Origin: Eledone cirrhosa | Taxonomy: Eukaryota | NCBI GenBank assembly: GCA_964016885.1 | Contig: OZ024742.1 | Location: 217,124,001 to 217,188,000 of the forward strand | Direction: 5' to 3' | DNA: 64,000 nucleotides | Shown here: positions 35,714-48,672 of the stretch, piece by piece | Position numbering within the stretch: position 1 is the stretch's first letter | How the letters are laid out: every line of letters starts with the position of its first letter | Program-made: the position numbers and the translations under genes | The notes under the pieces: model-generated | Databases searched by the model: none | Told to the model about the DNA's origin: nothing | What the model saw: the letters and a program-made list of their open reading frames with translations, nothing else

Positions 35714-36050
35714 TGAAACTTTTAATATCTCGGGCCGAATTTCCACATCTCCAGATGCTTTGCCATATTTGAACGCCTTAATTATTCTGGTGACTTCAGC
35801 CTTCAAGTGGTTAATCTGTGCCTCTACATGTACATCAGAAGATTTTGTGTGATCAGATTTAGGAAATTAACAAAATATTCTCTCCACCTCGTGAGCATAC
35901 ACTCGCTTCGGGGAGAAGAACTCCAGACGAATTCTTGATAGCAAACGTGGAGGGAGACTTCTTATTATGAAGTCGACCGATGGTCTGCCACAATACTTTA
36001 TTTGTTGACCTAAAGGTTTCAGCTTAACCCCAAAGTTGTCTGATGTCTAA
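35712..36050 (-). mobile_element. RTE-like LINE internal fragment (linker before the RT)
   Basis: RWREYFVNFLN...AEVTRIIKAFKYGKASGDVEIRPEILK. Confidence 0.65.
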
Positions 36051-36194
36051 CCCAGGGGCGGTGGAACTTATGGGGAGGAGACGGAGTCATGCCCCCTCCC
36101 CCCTCCCGCATAATTATATTTTTCTCCCCAAACTACCAAAGCACACACCTATTTGTATATGCGATACAATTTATGTATATATTATGTCGAGACA

Positions 36195-36392
36195 GATGGG
36201 AGAGATAGATATTGATATAGGGAGGGGGAGAGTTCGATGGTAATTGATCTAGAGAGGAAGGTTCGGAGAGAGTTCCGTATAGTAGATATAGAGAGGGGGA
36301 GAGGTTGGGGTTAATTGATATAGAGAGGGATATTGGAAAAGAGTTCCATGTAGTATAAAAGAAAGGGGGGTAGTTTGGTGTTAATTGATATA
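36195..36392. repeat. ~70-bp purine-rich minisatellite, left part (split by the Tx1 insertion)
   Basis: TAATTGAT recurs at 36241, 36312 and 36382; GATATAGAGAGG subunit of about 35 bp. Confidence 0.8.
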
Positions 36393-39300
36393 AATTTCTA
36401 TTTATTTGCCACCAGGGCATCAAAGATTGGGACAAATACAAAGGGGGGAGTTTACATACATTTAAAAAGACGTGTAAAAAACATATAACAAATTAAATTT
36501 AACAATCGATGTCCTCAATAGGGAGGGGCGTTGACATGGGTCGCATACACCCCCGAAAAATGTGCAGCCCTCCTCTTCAGGAGCACAAAGAGCGGGTGCT
36601 TCCTTCCTCTTCTCATTCTTCTCCTCTCTCACCTACAGGCTGATATAGAGAGAAGGCCCATTCACTCGGGCCATTCTCGCTACTTGCACCCACCTTTCAT
36701 AAAACTTGCTGGGGTAGAGCACCTCTCTCTCCATTCTGATCCTTCTTCTAAAGTGGTACTTGAAAAAAAAGGCCAGTTGTTGGCCGGAGAGAAAGGTGTC
36801 TGACCTCAGCCCTTTCAACCTTGTCCACCATACAACTTCTTTCGCCATTGCTATCACACAGAGGAAAACCGCCTCTCCTTCGTTTTTGAAAGGAGGAGGC
36901 GGTTTGATCGTGACAATGTTCTCGGTGGTCAACCGGATTGGTCCCACTCGCGACAGTAGTCGTTCCACATAGCCCCACAGGTCAGCAACGCCCGGGCAGT
37001 GTACGAATGCGTGTGCGACGGTTTCCTTGTCACGCACGCATCTCGAACAGATCTTCTTCGAGGGGTCCCTACCCGGGCGCCCGTGTCTGTAGAGCTTGTC
37101 CCGAACGGGTAGAGCTCCTCGGTAACATTGCCAAGCCAGGGACTTTGGGAAGTTGTCCATCGGTCCCGGGCCAAACGTCCTACCGAACAGACTGGCCAGC
37201 TCATCTTCCTCCATGCCCAGAGCCTCTCTGAGAGCGTCGTCGCACTTACTGCGCACCAACCCTCTATAGAATGTTGAGGTTGAGTCTCTACTGATTGCCG
37301 GATCCGCTTGCCAGAGGGCCGTGAGCGCCTGGGCACATTCAATGTGCCAGTCGCCCACTTTTCTCGGTCTTTGCTTGACCCAGGATTGCAGCTCGGTGAG
37401 TGAGACGAGTCTCGGAAAGGCTCGCCTCACAAACAGGGCCCACACCGGCTGACCGGTGAGGAATACCTGGAGGTGCCGTAGCCTTAATGCGTGTCTACGC
37501 ATCGTCATCCACGGCATCCCCAGCCCTCCGTTCGAAGGGTGTTGACAGCAGATGGATCTTCTCACCAAAGGAGCCCGCTTCTTCCAAAGAAATCGGAAGA
37601 GCGCGCTCCATTTTGGCGAATGTTTTCTCTGGGCAAGGCACGACGGTCAAGCGGTAGATGATGGACGCTATATATGCGTTCGCCACCTCCGCTCGACCTT
37701 TCAGGGATAGTTTGCACTCGGCCCACTTCTGGGCGAGTGCAAACACCTTGCCCGTTACCCAGTTTTTCTCCACCTGGAGGTCCGGTCCGAACCAGACCCC
37801 GAGCAGCTTCACCGGTCCCTCCATCCAGCGTCCGACGATGCCGTCGGAGGGCATCGTTTTTCCCCTCCACGTCCCGAGTTGCAAACCGACGGACTTGTCC
37901 CGGTTCAGCTTGGCTCCTGTGAACCTTTCATATTCTTCCAGTAAGGTGCCGATCTGCCCGATTTCCGAGGCGCACGACACCATTACTGTCACGTCATCGG
38001 CGTAGGCCGACACCGCTTTCCGCAATACCGGTTCCAAGGGGATGCCCTGCAACAGCTCCAGCTTCCGCAGTAGTGGCTCGAGATCCAGCACATACAGGGG
38101 GGAGGAGAGAGGGCATCCCTGTCGGATGAATCGTGTGATTTGGAACGGCTCCGAGAGGTAGCCGTTCACCTTGACCCTCGAGCAGGTGTTGCTGCTGTGC
38201 ATTGCAGCAATCCAGCCCCTGAAAACGAGTCCGAAGCCTGCCGCCGCGAGCACCGCATCCAGGTACCGATGGTCAACCCTATCGAACGCCTTAGATTGAT
38301 CCAAGTTGATCAGGGCCCCACCAAAGCCGGGTTCGTTCCCTACCCTCTCTACGATGTATCGCATGAGGTGGAGGTTGTCGTGTATGGACCTGAACGGGAT
38401 TGCGCATGTCTGCGCTTCTCCCACCAGGTTCCCGACGACAAGCGCCAACCTCTTCGCTAACACCTTGGCCAAAATCTTTAACTTTGTGTTTAGCAGAGTT
38501 ATGAGCCTGAAGTTATCTATGTCATCCCTTTGTTCTCGTCCTTCCTCACCGGCGTGACTACGCCCTTGGTCACAGAACAGGGAATTCTCCCGTTCTATTG
38601 CCAGTTGCAGTAGACCGCCTCGAGGAGACCGGAGAACAAGCCCGGCATCGTTACATAAAGTTCGTATAGTAGACCATCGAGACCCGGAGATTTGCGTTTG
38701 CCGCATTGGCTCAGCGCTTCCCCTATTTCAGCGGCTGAAATCGGCCTCTCGCAGGACTTCGCCTCCCCGTCCGAGAGCCGCGCCAGACCGTCGAGGTATG
38801 GACCGAAATCCATGGCCCCACCCAGCCCGCCGCCCCTCCCGAACAGTCGTGCAAACCGCCGTTGAAAGGCCGCGCTCATCCGCTCAAGTTCAAGGATCAC
38901 GCGTCCATCCTGGTCCTTCAAAGACCGAATCGTGGACTTGTTTCCACTTTTTGCCTCTGTCACTCGGGCCCAGCTAACATCTTTGGCTCCCTCGTTACTC
39001 AGAGCACGTATTTTACTCCTAACAACGCAGCCCTCGTGCTTCGCATCAAAGAACTGGTCTAGGGCCGTTCTTGACGCCAGCATGCCGGCCACGTTGCCAC
39101 TCCTAATCGCCTCTTCTACTCTATTTGTTAATTCCCTTTCAGTTCTATTCCTATCTGATGCTAATTCCCGACTAAAACCTATCGATTCTATTCTAATTTC
39201 TCTCTTGAGAGAGCCCCACCACCTGCTGTTGACAATTGCCCCCGTCAAACGCTGCTTAACTAGTGTGCTAATCCGCTTACTGTAAGCTTTGTTTGTCGGT

Positions 39301-42094
39301 AAAGACAAGTTTAGCTTCCAGTAACCGGGTCCCTGTCTATGAGTTCTATCAAGGTTGACCACTCCGGTCCCCAACTTGTGATCCGAATAGTGAACCATGA
39401 ACATTCGTGGACAGCTTAATATGTCCCTATCCTTATTTCTAACTAGGAACCTATCTAGGTACGACCTAGATGTTCCGCTGAGATTAGTCCACGTCCACAG
39501 TGGCACAGTCGGAAAATCTAGTCGATATCTATCGGCCAGATGAAATCGGCCTCTTAATCGTTTGAGGCTGTTACACCCCCCTTTATCGGGACATGCCCCT
39601 ACATAGTCCCAACGTGCATCCAGGATACCATTCCAGTCGCCCACTAAAAGCAAGGAGCGAGACGTTCCCAGAAATTCTCCAGGCGTCGGAAGAAGTCCGG
39701 TCGCGGTGTCCCAGATGGGGCATACGCTGCCACCAGCCTGAAAGCTCCACCTTCACCACTGCCGACGTCTAAAACCACCAGTCGACCCTTCGGGTCCAGG
39801 TGTACCTTCTGTGTGGCAAGACCCAGGTATTTTCGCAGCAGAACGACAACCCCACCCCCACCCCTCGGCTGACAGAGAGATGCGTAGATCTCAAAGTCGT
39901 CGAAGATGGGGGCCAGTTGGCGCTCGCTGCTGATCCTGGACTCGCAAATAACCATTACATCCACTCTGTGCGACCTGAGGTCATTTAAGAGTTTGCCCTG
40001 TTTCCAGGACATCCCCAGGCCGCGTGCATTCACACATCCAACTCTTATATTGGCCATGTTGGTGCTGAAGAGTTAAAAAGGAAGAGGAAAGGAAATTACT
40101 TACCTCTTCGTCTCCTGGGGACCAGGCTGCACAATTTCCATGGGGGTGTTGAAAGGGTTGTTTGGTGGGGTGGTGGTTTGTGGTGGGGTGAGGACATCAG
40201 TGTGTGGTGGGATTAGGGTGTTTGGTAGGGTGTGGGTGTCTGGTGTGTGGGTGGGGAAACATCTCAATAGGACGTGGTTAAGTGGTTTGGTGCAGTTGGT
40301 CCCCACATGCATTGGATGGTTCTTTTTCAAAGTTACATAGGTTTCCGTTGGGAACCTAATCATCATTAGGTGCGGTTTGTTCGCTGCGTAGGTGAAAGTG
40401 ATCCCTTCGGTTTCCACGGAAGGGTTATTTTCTATTGCTTTCATCAACGTTTTATTGTTCTTGTTAATGTATGTATAGAGTTTTTGTTGTGTTGTGTTTG
40501 TTTTTGTTCGTTGTTCTTGTGCGTGTTTTCGTTTTGTAGTATGTGTTATGTTTTGGGGAGGGGTGGGTTTTTTTTGTTTGTGATGTTTGTTCTGTTTGTG
40601 CTGGTGGTTGTGTGTTTGTAGCATTTTTGTTAATGTGGTGCCCTTTTTTTTCCTTTTCACCTGGGTGACGTTGATACGGAGTCCTCTTCCGTGTTGTTGG
40701 GGAGGGTTATATTTTGGGGTTTTGTTGTGGTTGCTTTTATATTTGTTTTAGGTGGGGAGGGGTTGGGTGGAACAGTATTTTGTGTTGTTATTTTTCCATG
40801 GTGTTGTAGTTATTGTGGTTGTTGTTGTTGTTGTGGTGGTGGTGGTGGTGGTGGTGGTGGTGGTGGTGGTTGTGGTTGTGTTGTTGTGTTCGGGGTTGGC
40901 AGAAGAGCCTTTTTTTTTACTCGTTAATTGAGGACAGGCAGCCCTCAGGTGACCCCTCCTTAAGCAGTGGAAACATGACGGCCGCCTTCCCTCCACTGAA
41001 ATGTTTATATAAGTTAGCCTGTCCAGAGGCACGCGTTGTGGGATATTCGCTATTCGTTCTGGGCTCATTTGCACCAGAACTTCTACGCTGGTCCCACCAA
41101 ATACACCTCCGGAGGACTTTCCTATTGAAATTATCTTGTCTTCATCAAAGTCAATGATTCCATACAGTATCCACCAAATATTTACATTTGGTGTGATACT
41201 CATTATTTTTATTCTTTGTGTCCTTTTTCCCCTGTATGTGGGGAAAAAGGTGAAGCGGGGGGGACACAATGGGTGATACCGAGTACTTTTGTGCTGTTGA
41301 CTGGTTGTTCATTAGCACCGAAATGCTACCAAACAGTTTACCTTTTTGTATGAAGGTTATGTCCTTCATTGCATCTTTTAGAACCAGCTCAATTTCATTT
41401 TGTGATAATTGAGCTGGTTTTCTTGTTTCGTTCGATATTGTCCTGAAAACCACAGTTTCTCCTGTGGAGAATTGATGCTAAAAGCACCGTTTTCGCCAAA
41501 AGTCACGAATTGTTTTGCGTCTTGTAATAGTTGTATAGCATTTGTTATGTCTATTGGCGTGTATAGTTCGTTTTTTTTTACAGTCTGTGCGAATGTTGTT
41601 TTGGTGTTATTGTCTTTTTTGTTGCTGCTGTTGTTGTCACTGTTGGTAATATTGTTCATGTTTTCCTTGGTGTTGCTATTGTTGCAGTTGTTGGTTGTGG
41701 TGCTATTGTCATTGTTCTTGTTGTTGATGCTGATATTATTTACCGGGTTTGGTTTCGTGGTTTCAATATTTTCAACGTTTTTCGATAATGCGAGGGGGGA
41801 AGGCTGCAAGCTTTGTACTCCTACCTTCCCTCCACCACTTTTCTTAGTGGGCGTGGCACTCACGACAGTGTGCGAGGTGGAAATGGCATCCATTGCTGAC
41901 TACCAAGTCTACACAGTTTTGAGATGAAAATGAAAATTTCGCCCCAGAAAGGGGCAAAAATTAGTTGACTCAACGTCTGAAAGCCCAGGCAAGGGGTTAA
42001 ACTAAACAATGCTATTAAATTGAGCAATGAACTCACAGTTTTTTTTACAATAATCCGTAAAAATCCGGAGCGAAGTAATTCACGTCTATATCAA
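36393..42094 (-). mobile_element. Full-length Tx1-clade (L1 group) LINE with TSD; ORF1 and ORF2 frameshifted
   Basis: ORF1 pieces 40100-41893 with a CFHCLRRGHLRAAC knuckle. ORF2 36633-40057: VGCVNARGL, AYAPS, GDWN, SYLDRFL, YSDH, GPGYWKLN, KSPGLDGL, LDQSKAFDRV, IRQGCPLS, AYADD, CSRC..ETVAHAFVHC. TSD GTGTTAATTGATATA (36378-36392) / GTGGTAATTGATATA (42095-42109). AATAAA near the 3' end. Confidence 0.93.
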
Positions 42095-42452
42095 GTGGTA
42101 ATTGATATAGAGAGGCGGATTGGAAGAGAGTACCGTATAGTAGATATAAAGAGGGGGAGAATTTGGTGGTTGTAGATATACAAAGAGCGATAATGGGAGA
42201 GTGCCGTGTAGTAGATATAGAGAGGGTGAGAGTTTAGGAGCAATTGATATACAGAGAGTGATTGGGAGAGAGTTCCGTGTAGATATTTATAGAGAGTGAA
42301 AGAGTGTATTAGTTTTAGATATAGATATTGGGATAAGAGAGGCGGCGTCGTGGTAGATATAGAGAGGGGTAGAGTCTGGTTTTAGTAGATTGAGAGAGGG
42401 GGATTAAAAGAGAGTTGTGTGTGATAGACATAGAGAAGAGGAGAGTTTGGTG
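42095..42452. repeat. ~70-bp purine-rich minisatellite, right part
   Basis: Continues the unit phase of 36195-36392. Confidence 0.8.
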
Positions 42453-42455
42453 GCA

Positions 42456-42794
42456 CTCTCGGGTTCCAAATAATAGGAAGGGTTGCAATAATGGTGGAGA
42501 GGCTTGGGAAATCAGTAATTGTATAGTGTACGTTCGTAAATATGGGATTTCTTGTGATGTTCTTCTTTTGTCATATATAATGTTTATATAATGTTTTTTT
42601 TTTAATGTAAAATAAAATTATTATTAGATTATTCGGCTGTTGTATCAATATGAATCACTAACAATAAAGTTTCGCCGGAGATAGATTAGCAAAATTTAAT
42701 AACTAGGTGGGGGTGGGGTGGAATAAAATCCGGGGCAGGTGGGACCTGACAAATTAATAAGCGGTGGTGGGGATGATTATTCAAGACCTGAGAG
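42456..42794. mobile_element. Probable Tc1/mariner-type MITE
   Basis: Imperfect TIRs CTCTCGGGTTCCAAATAAT and ATTATTCAAGACCTGAGAG; flanks CA and TA. Confidence 0.5.
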
Positions 42795-42967
42795 TATGTG
42801 AATTATTGACGGACGTAAGAATGAAAACTCAATACCAAAGTAGAGTTTAAATATTCATTGTTACTCTAGAATCTCACCTGCGTACTCACCAGACAAGGCT
42901 GGTGATCCTGTGAGTGCGCAAGTGAAACTTTAGATTAACAAAGTTCAACAATAGACATAATAAATGA

Positions 42968-43040
<73 letters not shown>

Positions 43041-43299
43041 CGTGTGTAAATTAGTATATAGAGAGAAGTACACATAGAGGTATGTGTTTAATTACGAAAG
43101 TAAAGGCTAATACAGATCAATAAAAAGAATAAATTGAGGTGTACTAGCCATCCAATAATAATTATTACGCCTGGATACGCTCAAATTAGAGAATATTTCG
43201 ACATAAAAAGTGAAGATTCCATATTGCAGAGGGCTTATCAACGGGTGGACTACATCACCAACAATCGTAAGAGCACAACCCTGCCAGGATTCTCTTACC

Positions 43300-43985
43300 G
43301 AAGGCCTGAAACTTGTCCCCTTCAACAATAGTGCAACACACCCGCTGTAATTTACGAAGCTGTAGTCACTTCTAACCGACCAAATCAACAAGAGGTCTTA
43401 TCCTATGTAGGTATGGTAGAGGGCCGGTTTAAAGAACGCTTCCTGAATCATCTGTCGACATTCAGACATCCGGACAAACGATCGTCCACGAAGCTCACAA
43501 ATCACATATGGTCCCTCAAGGACGCAGGCGCGAATTACTCCATCCAATGGAAAGTTACAACCAAGTCTGAGCGATACGGAAATGGGAATCCGTCTTGTGG
43601 GTTGTGCATTGAAGAAAGAATCAATATCCTGAGGATGAGGAGGTTGCATAATAACGCTTGTCTAAATTCATGATCTGATTTCTACTCACGTTGTCCTCAC
43701 GCTTAGAAACATCAATTATGTAATTTTAAAGACCCAGACTGACTACCGGACGTAACTTCTGAACCCAATATCATAAATAACTTATTGTATTCTGAGCTTT
43801 CGCAGTCACCTCCCAACATCGATCTAACGTGAGTTGCCTCCCCTTTGAGAAGAACTTTTTCTGCGCACACGTATTCGTATAATTGTTTACCTTTTCCGTA
43901 TAATCTCATTTAAACTGAGCTGATGATTCGTCTTAGATGAAACAAATTGTTCTCGGAAAAGGGGAATTAACTGTCGTGGAACTAC
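43300..43985 (+). mobile_element. Penelope-like element 3' end: GIY-YIG endonuclease remnant and pLTR, ending in microsatellite
   Basis: CPL..C..PAVIYEAVV...SYVGMVEGRFKERFLNH...TKLTNHIWSLK...IQWK...CGLCIEE...LNS..DFYSRCPH, the typical PLE C-terminus, with in-frame stops. Hammerhead downstream. Confidence 0.88.
43915..43956 (+). ncRNA. Minimal type I hammerhead ribozyme in the Penelope pLTR
   Basis: CUGAG-CUGAUGA-UUCGUCUUAGAU-GAAA-CAAAUUG-UU-CUCGG; stem I CUGAG/CUCGG; GUU triplet. Confidence 0.75.
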
Positions 43986-43986
43986 T

Positions 43987-44019
<33 letters not shown>

Positions 44020-44023
44020 ACTG

Positions 44024-44086
<63 letters not shown>

Positions 44087-44906
44087 GAAAGGGTGTCTTG
44101 CATGGCTAAGATCATACAAAGAATTGAAAACGGCGGGGGAAGAGAGAGAGAGAATATTCTCAGCTAAAAGATATTAGTGATCGTCTGTATGTGATTCCAT
44201 GTGATTCCTCGTCCTTCTTAATCACCCCAACGACGTGTCCTCTTTCATTGTTTTCATTGCATCCATAATCAGAGAATTTTGTGCGTCTCTCATTGCAAAT
44301 CCTACAACGTGAAACCTTAAAAAAACTTCTTATTTTCATTATTACAAGACATCATGTTCCGGGGAACATCTGGTTCCAATGAAAATAACATCTTTAAAAC
44401 ACACAAAAACGAAAAAATAATATAATTGAAAAATATAACAAATATATTTAAGAATTTTCTACTTCTCATCAATTCATACGCCATCTTGTTATCATTATTC
44501 AAATATTTATAAAAAGGAAAAATACATATAACACAAAAATATCAAGAACAAGACATCAGTTTTATTGTTATTATCATAGCAGGTAAGCAATGTTTAGATA
44601 GCTTATCCATTCCACCAGATGACTAGCTGAATTAATTCTGCACCTGGAGAGGAGGGTTTCGCTAACTGTTTACTTTTGTGCTTCTAGTTATTTACTCTAT
44701 ATTTTTAAAGTAATTCTTCCTTGCAGGAATGAACATCATTTAGTTACATATGATGACAGCTCCTGGCGTAGTAATTGTAATGTTTCAGCCGTCCTCGTGA
44801 AATGGGTATAAACGATATGAAGTTTCCTTCGTATCGAATACAGTGTTCTTTATATATGTGTGAGCGTACGCACACATACAAACACAAAAGTGCCCGCACC
44901 CGCGCG

Positions 44907-44965
<59 letters not shown>

Positions 44966-45142
44966 TGATATTGATATTAATATTTATATATATGTATATA
45001 TGTATATATATATATGTGTGTGTGTGTGCACTTGGCTATTTTAACGGCTGGTCTACCGTTGAGTTTTTCATTTTTATATGTATTTATATATGTGTGTGTG
45101 TGTGTGAGTGTGTGTATACATATATATATATGTATATGTATG

Positions 45143-45212
<70 letters not shown>

Positions 45213-45347
45213 TACTTGGGGAGGGTCATATTTGTGTAATATTGCCAGAATTAATAACAGAACACACTCACTGTTTGGTTGGTTTTCGCTTCTCGCTGTC
45301 TTTTATATCTGCGATCTAACTTACTCGGTCCTCAATGTTGCCATTGA

Positions 45348-45422
<75 letters not shown>

Positions 45423-45424
45423 TT

Positions 45425-45795
45425 ATGGTGGATGTGTGCTACACGAGAATGCTGAGGATGGCTCTGAACATTAATCAGTATACACTGAGGCTGAAAAACT
45501 CAGAGCTGTATGGGAGACTCCCAAAAGTCAGCTCAAAAGTGACACAGAGAAGACTGAGGTTAGCTGGACATGCTCACCGACATCCAGAGTTGACATTGCA
45601 CTCAGTGCTCCTGTGGGAGCCCCTACATGGACACACTGGAAGAGGAAGACCAAGGTTAACGTATGTTGATGCCCTAAGGACAGACACTGGCCTGTTGGAG
45701 ACGCAGGACATGGCAGCGATAATGAGGGACAGAGACCGCTGGAGAGAACTCGTCCAGGGATCTCGGGAATTTTACCCGCCCTAAAAAAAAAAAAA
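45425..45795 (+). mobile_element. 3' end of an RTE-group (RTE/Proto2-like) LINE with poly(A), inserted in (TA)n
   Basis: CYTRMLRMALNI...NSELYG.LP...RRLRLAGH...LLWEP.HG..GRGRP.LTYVD...DRDRWRE; the stop codon runs directly into an A tract at 45783. Confidence 0.85.
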
Positions 45796-45818
45796 TATAT
45801 ATATATATGGATATATAT

Positions 45819-45862
<44 letters not shown>

Positions 45863-45903
45863 ATATATATCCATATATATATATCCATATATATATATAT
45901 ATA

Positions 45904-45949
<46 letters not shown>

Positions 45950-45951
<2 letters not shown>

Positions 45952-46185
45952 AGGAGGTGAGTTTTATTGTAGTACAATAAAGCAATGCAGATATCGGATA
46001 AGAAGCACTCTACAGTTTGTAGGACTGGAGTATACATAGTATATAAGATCAAAAGATGGTTAAAAGAGTTCCATGTATTTTATTATGCGCATTTCATGCG
46101 AAAACACAAATATTATTGCATGATGATATTTGTTTTTGAAATGCGCATAATAAAATACATGGAACTCTTTTAACCATCTTTTGAT

Positions 46186-46193
<8 letters not shown>
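45950..46193. mobile_element. Second copy of fold-back family H1 with a different inversion point
   Basis: 45950-46096 is nearly identical to 35217-35363. Arms 46040-46096 and 46137-46193. The CUGAU part of the core is lost. Confidence 0.8.
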
Positions 46194-46221
<28 letters not shown>

Positions 46222-46225
<4 letters not shown>

Positions 46226-46350
46226 ATATATTAACAAATGGAAACTATATTTATAAAACCATATTTATTTTATTATACATATTTCAAGGGCCACCAAGGC
46301 AAATTATGGTGCGCATTCATCAAAAAAGACAACCTTAACCTTGCGAGCTT
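46222..46350 (-). mobile_element. Family H3 fragment with a damaged hammerhead
   Basis: Matches 50135-50234 and 47635-47727. GAAA is retained, but an internal deletion removes C3 and the 5' strand of stem I. Confidence 0.7.
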
Positions 46351-46824
46351 GCTACTACCTCTGCTGGTTATACCGACTGACTACAACTTGTCACCTTCTA
46401 ATTGAGCGTAGCACATTTAAACAGAGATTCTCCAGCAAACACAGAGGACTTTTTGAACACTGTATTCATTTGTGAGTGCTACCATCAAACGTTATATTTT
46501 TATTATTCGAAGTAATCATATTTTTTTTCCTTTTTCTGAAGTAAAGTTATATATCAAATCAAAATTATTGGTATTTGTTGTGTTTATCATCCTCTTTCAT
46601 AACAACCTCTAACTTCGCTTCAGCTATGCATAACTTTGATAGGCCATATCTAATTTAATAGCACCACCTGGCGAAGTCTTTCAAATCATGATCTGGACAC
46701 CATGACCCAGTCAAGTAGACACACATATATAGGTCTACAGAGATAGACACACGCATACCAACGTGCACGCCCACATAGTGCATACACACAGATACACACA
46801 CTTTAACATATACGTGTATGTATG

Positions 46825-46855
<31 letters not shown>

Positions 46856-46977
46856 GAATGTATATATGGTATATTTGGTAATATACTGTATGCTTAATTA
46901 AAAACATTTTGAAGACCTTACGCTATTGTTTTAAAGTAGTAACTATGTCACTTCTTTTTTCAACAAACAAAGGGAGA

Positions 46978-47025
46978 TAAGCTGAAAATTCTCTGTTTCA
47001 TACTGTTGGTAATCATCAGAGCTTA
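46978..47025 (-). ncRNA. Type I hammerhead with degenerate stem III
   Basis: UAAGCU-CUGAUGA-UUACCAACAGUAU-GAAA-CAGAGAAUUU-UC-AGCUUA. Confidence 0.65.
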
Positions 47026-47087
47026 GCACTCGCCTTTGTCTGTTGAAAATTATAAATGTTGGATTCTTAACAGACAAAGGCGAGTGC

Positions 47088-47135
47088 TAAGCTCTGATGA
47101 TTACCAAAAGTATGAAACAGAGATCTGTCAGCTTA
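47088..47135 (+). ncRNA. Type I hammerhead ribozyme (intact, GUC triplet, predicted cut after 47129)
   Basis: Stem I UAAGCU/AGCUUA, CUGAUGA at 47094-47100, stem II UAC/GUA, GAAA at 47114-47117, stem III ACAG-AGAU-CUGU. Confidence 0.88.
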
Positions 47136-47287
47136 TCTCCTTTTGTTTGTTGAAAAAAGAAGTAAGTGACATAGTCACTACTTTAAAACAATAGCGTAAG
47201 GTCTTCAAAATGTTTTTAATTAAGCATACAGTATATTGCCAAATATACCATATATACATTCATGTATACATCGCACCAATTCTAATT

Positions 47288-47393
<106 letters not shown>

Positions 47394-47592
47394 CACCCTA
47401 CCATATATATATACCGGACAAAAAAATATTGTTATAGGTAATCCAGTTAGAGGTTATGGATAATTTTAGCGTTCAGCGTTGTTTGACTCAACAAGAGGTT
47501 TACGTAGGTGGCGAGTGAAACAATTGTCAGACTGTAAATAATAAATAAAAACCCTTTTTTGTACTGTTGACCATGTTATTCTTCACTTTTTC

Positions 47593-47632
<40 letters not shown>

Positions 47633-47674
47633 GATATTAATAAATGGAAACTATATTTATAAAACCATATTTAT

Positions 47675-47733
47675 TTCATTATACATATTTCAGGGATACC
47701 ACATTAAATTATGGTATGCCTTCATCAGACAAA
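47675..47733 (-). ncRNA. Type I hammerhead ribozyme (intact core)
   Basis: Reverse complement of 47868-47926. Confidence 0.75.
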
Positions 47734-47867
47734 ATACAATATAGTTTTACAAATAGGTTTAACGTACCCTTTAAAATACAACCATTACTTTTGGACAGCC
47801 TCCAAAAGTAATGGTTGTATTTTAAAGGGTACGTCAAACCTATTTGTAAAACTGTTATATATTGTAT

Positions 47868-47926
47868 TTTGTCTGATGAAGGCATACCATAATTTAATGT
47901 GGTATCCCTGAAATATGTATAATGAA
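47868..47926 (+). ncRNA. Type I hammerhead ribozyme (intact core, AUA triplet)
   Basis: CUGAUGA at 47873-47879, long stem II AGGCAUACCAUA/UGUGGUAUCCCU, GAAA at 47910-47913, stem III AUAUGUAU, weak G-U-rich stem I. Confidence 0.75.
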
Positions 47927-48428
47927 ATAAATATGGTTTTATAAATATAGTTTCCATTTATTAATATCGTATATCTACTCCAAAAATGTGTCGAGTGCTT
48001 TTTATCAGTTATAAAAATATTTACTTGTTGTATCCCAACAATTTTAAATAGAACTTCTGCATATGTATGTATATATATATATGTATAGACACACACACGT
48101 ACACATACATAGATGCATATATCTCCTTACTCCTACATGAATATCTAGATGTACACACAAACAAAGATATACGTTATGTATATATGATTAAGGTGCAGAA
48201 AAGTGTTCATCTATTTGCATATATAGATAGACACAGACATATATCATTTATAAACTTTTGTCTGGCACGTTTACCCCTTACACTATTGTATGAAAGAAGT
48301 ACGTAGTTCGTCTATCGACAAATTAGGTAGGCTGTGGTGCATTAGGCAGCTGTGTAGAAGAAACGTAAGAGAAAATAAAATAATAAAAAAATACAAAAGT
48401 AAAGTGTCTGCAAAACGTCAATGTATGT

Positions 48429-48568
<140 letters not shown>

Positions 48569-48641
48569 GCGCGCGTGTGTATATATATGTATGTACGCAT
48601 ATATGTGTATGAATACACACACACGCACACACATACACGCA

Positions 48642-48672
<31 letters not shown>

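Larger units (their letters stand above)
46854..47263. mobile_element. Fold-back mini-element, family H2, with a hammerhead on each arm
   Basis: Arms 46854-47044 and 47069-47263 with a few differences; 24-nt spacer; microsatellite on both sides. Confidence 0.8.
47627..48062. mobile_element. Fold-back mini-element, family H3, with a hammerhead on each arm
   Basis: Arms about 47627-47795 and 47801-47974 with spacer CAGCC. The + copy extends to the microsatellite at about 48062. Confidence 0.8.

Noticed and set aside
36053-36135. hAT element starting CAGGGGCGG
   Set aside because: No matching right terminus or TSD was found.
47490-47540. Hammerhead half GAAACAATTGTC
   Set aside because: No CUGANGA upstream; at most a decayed remnant.
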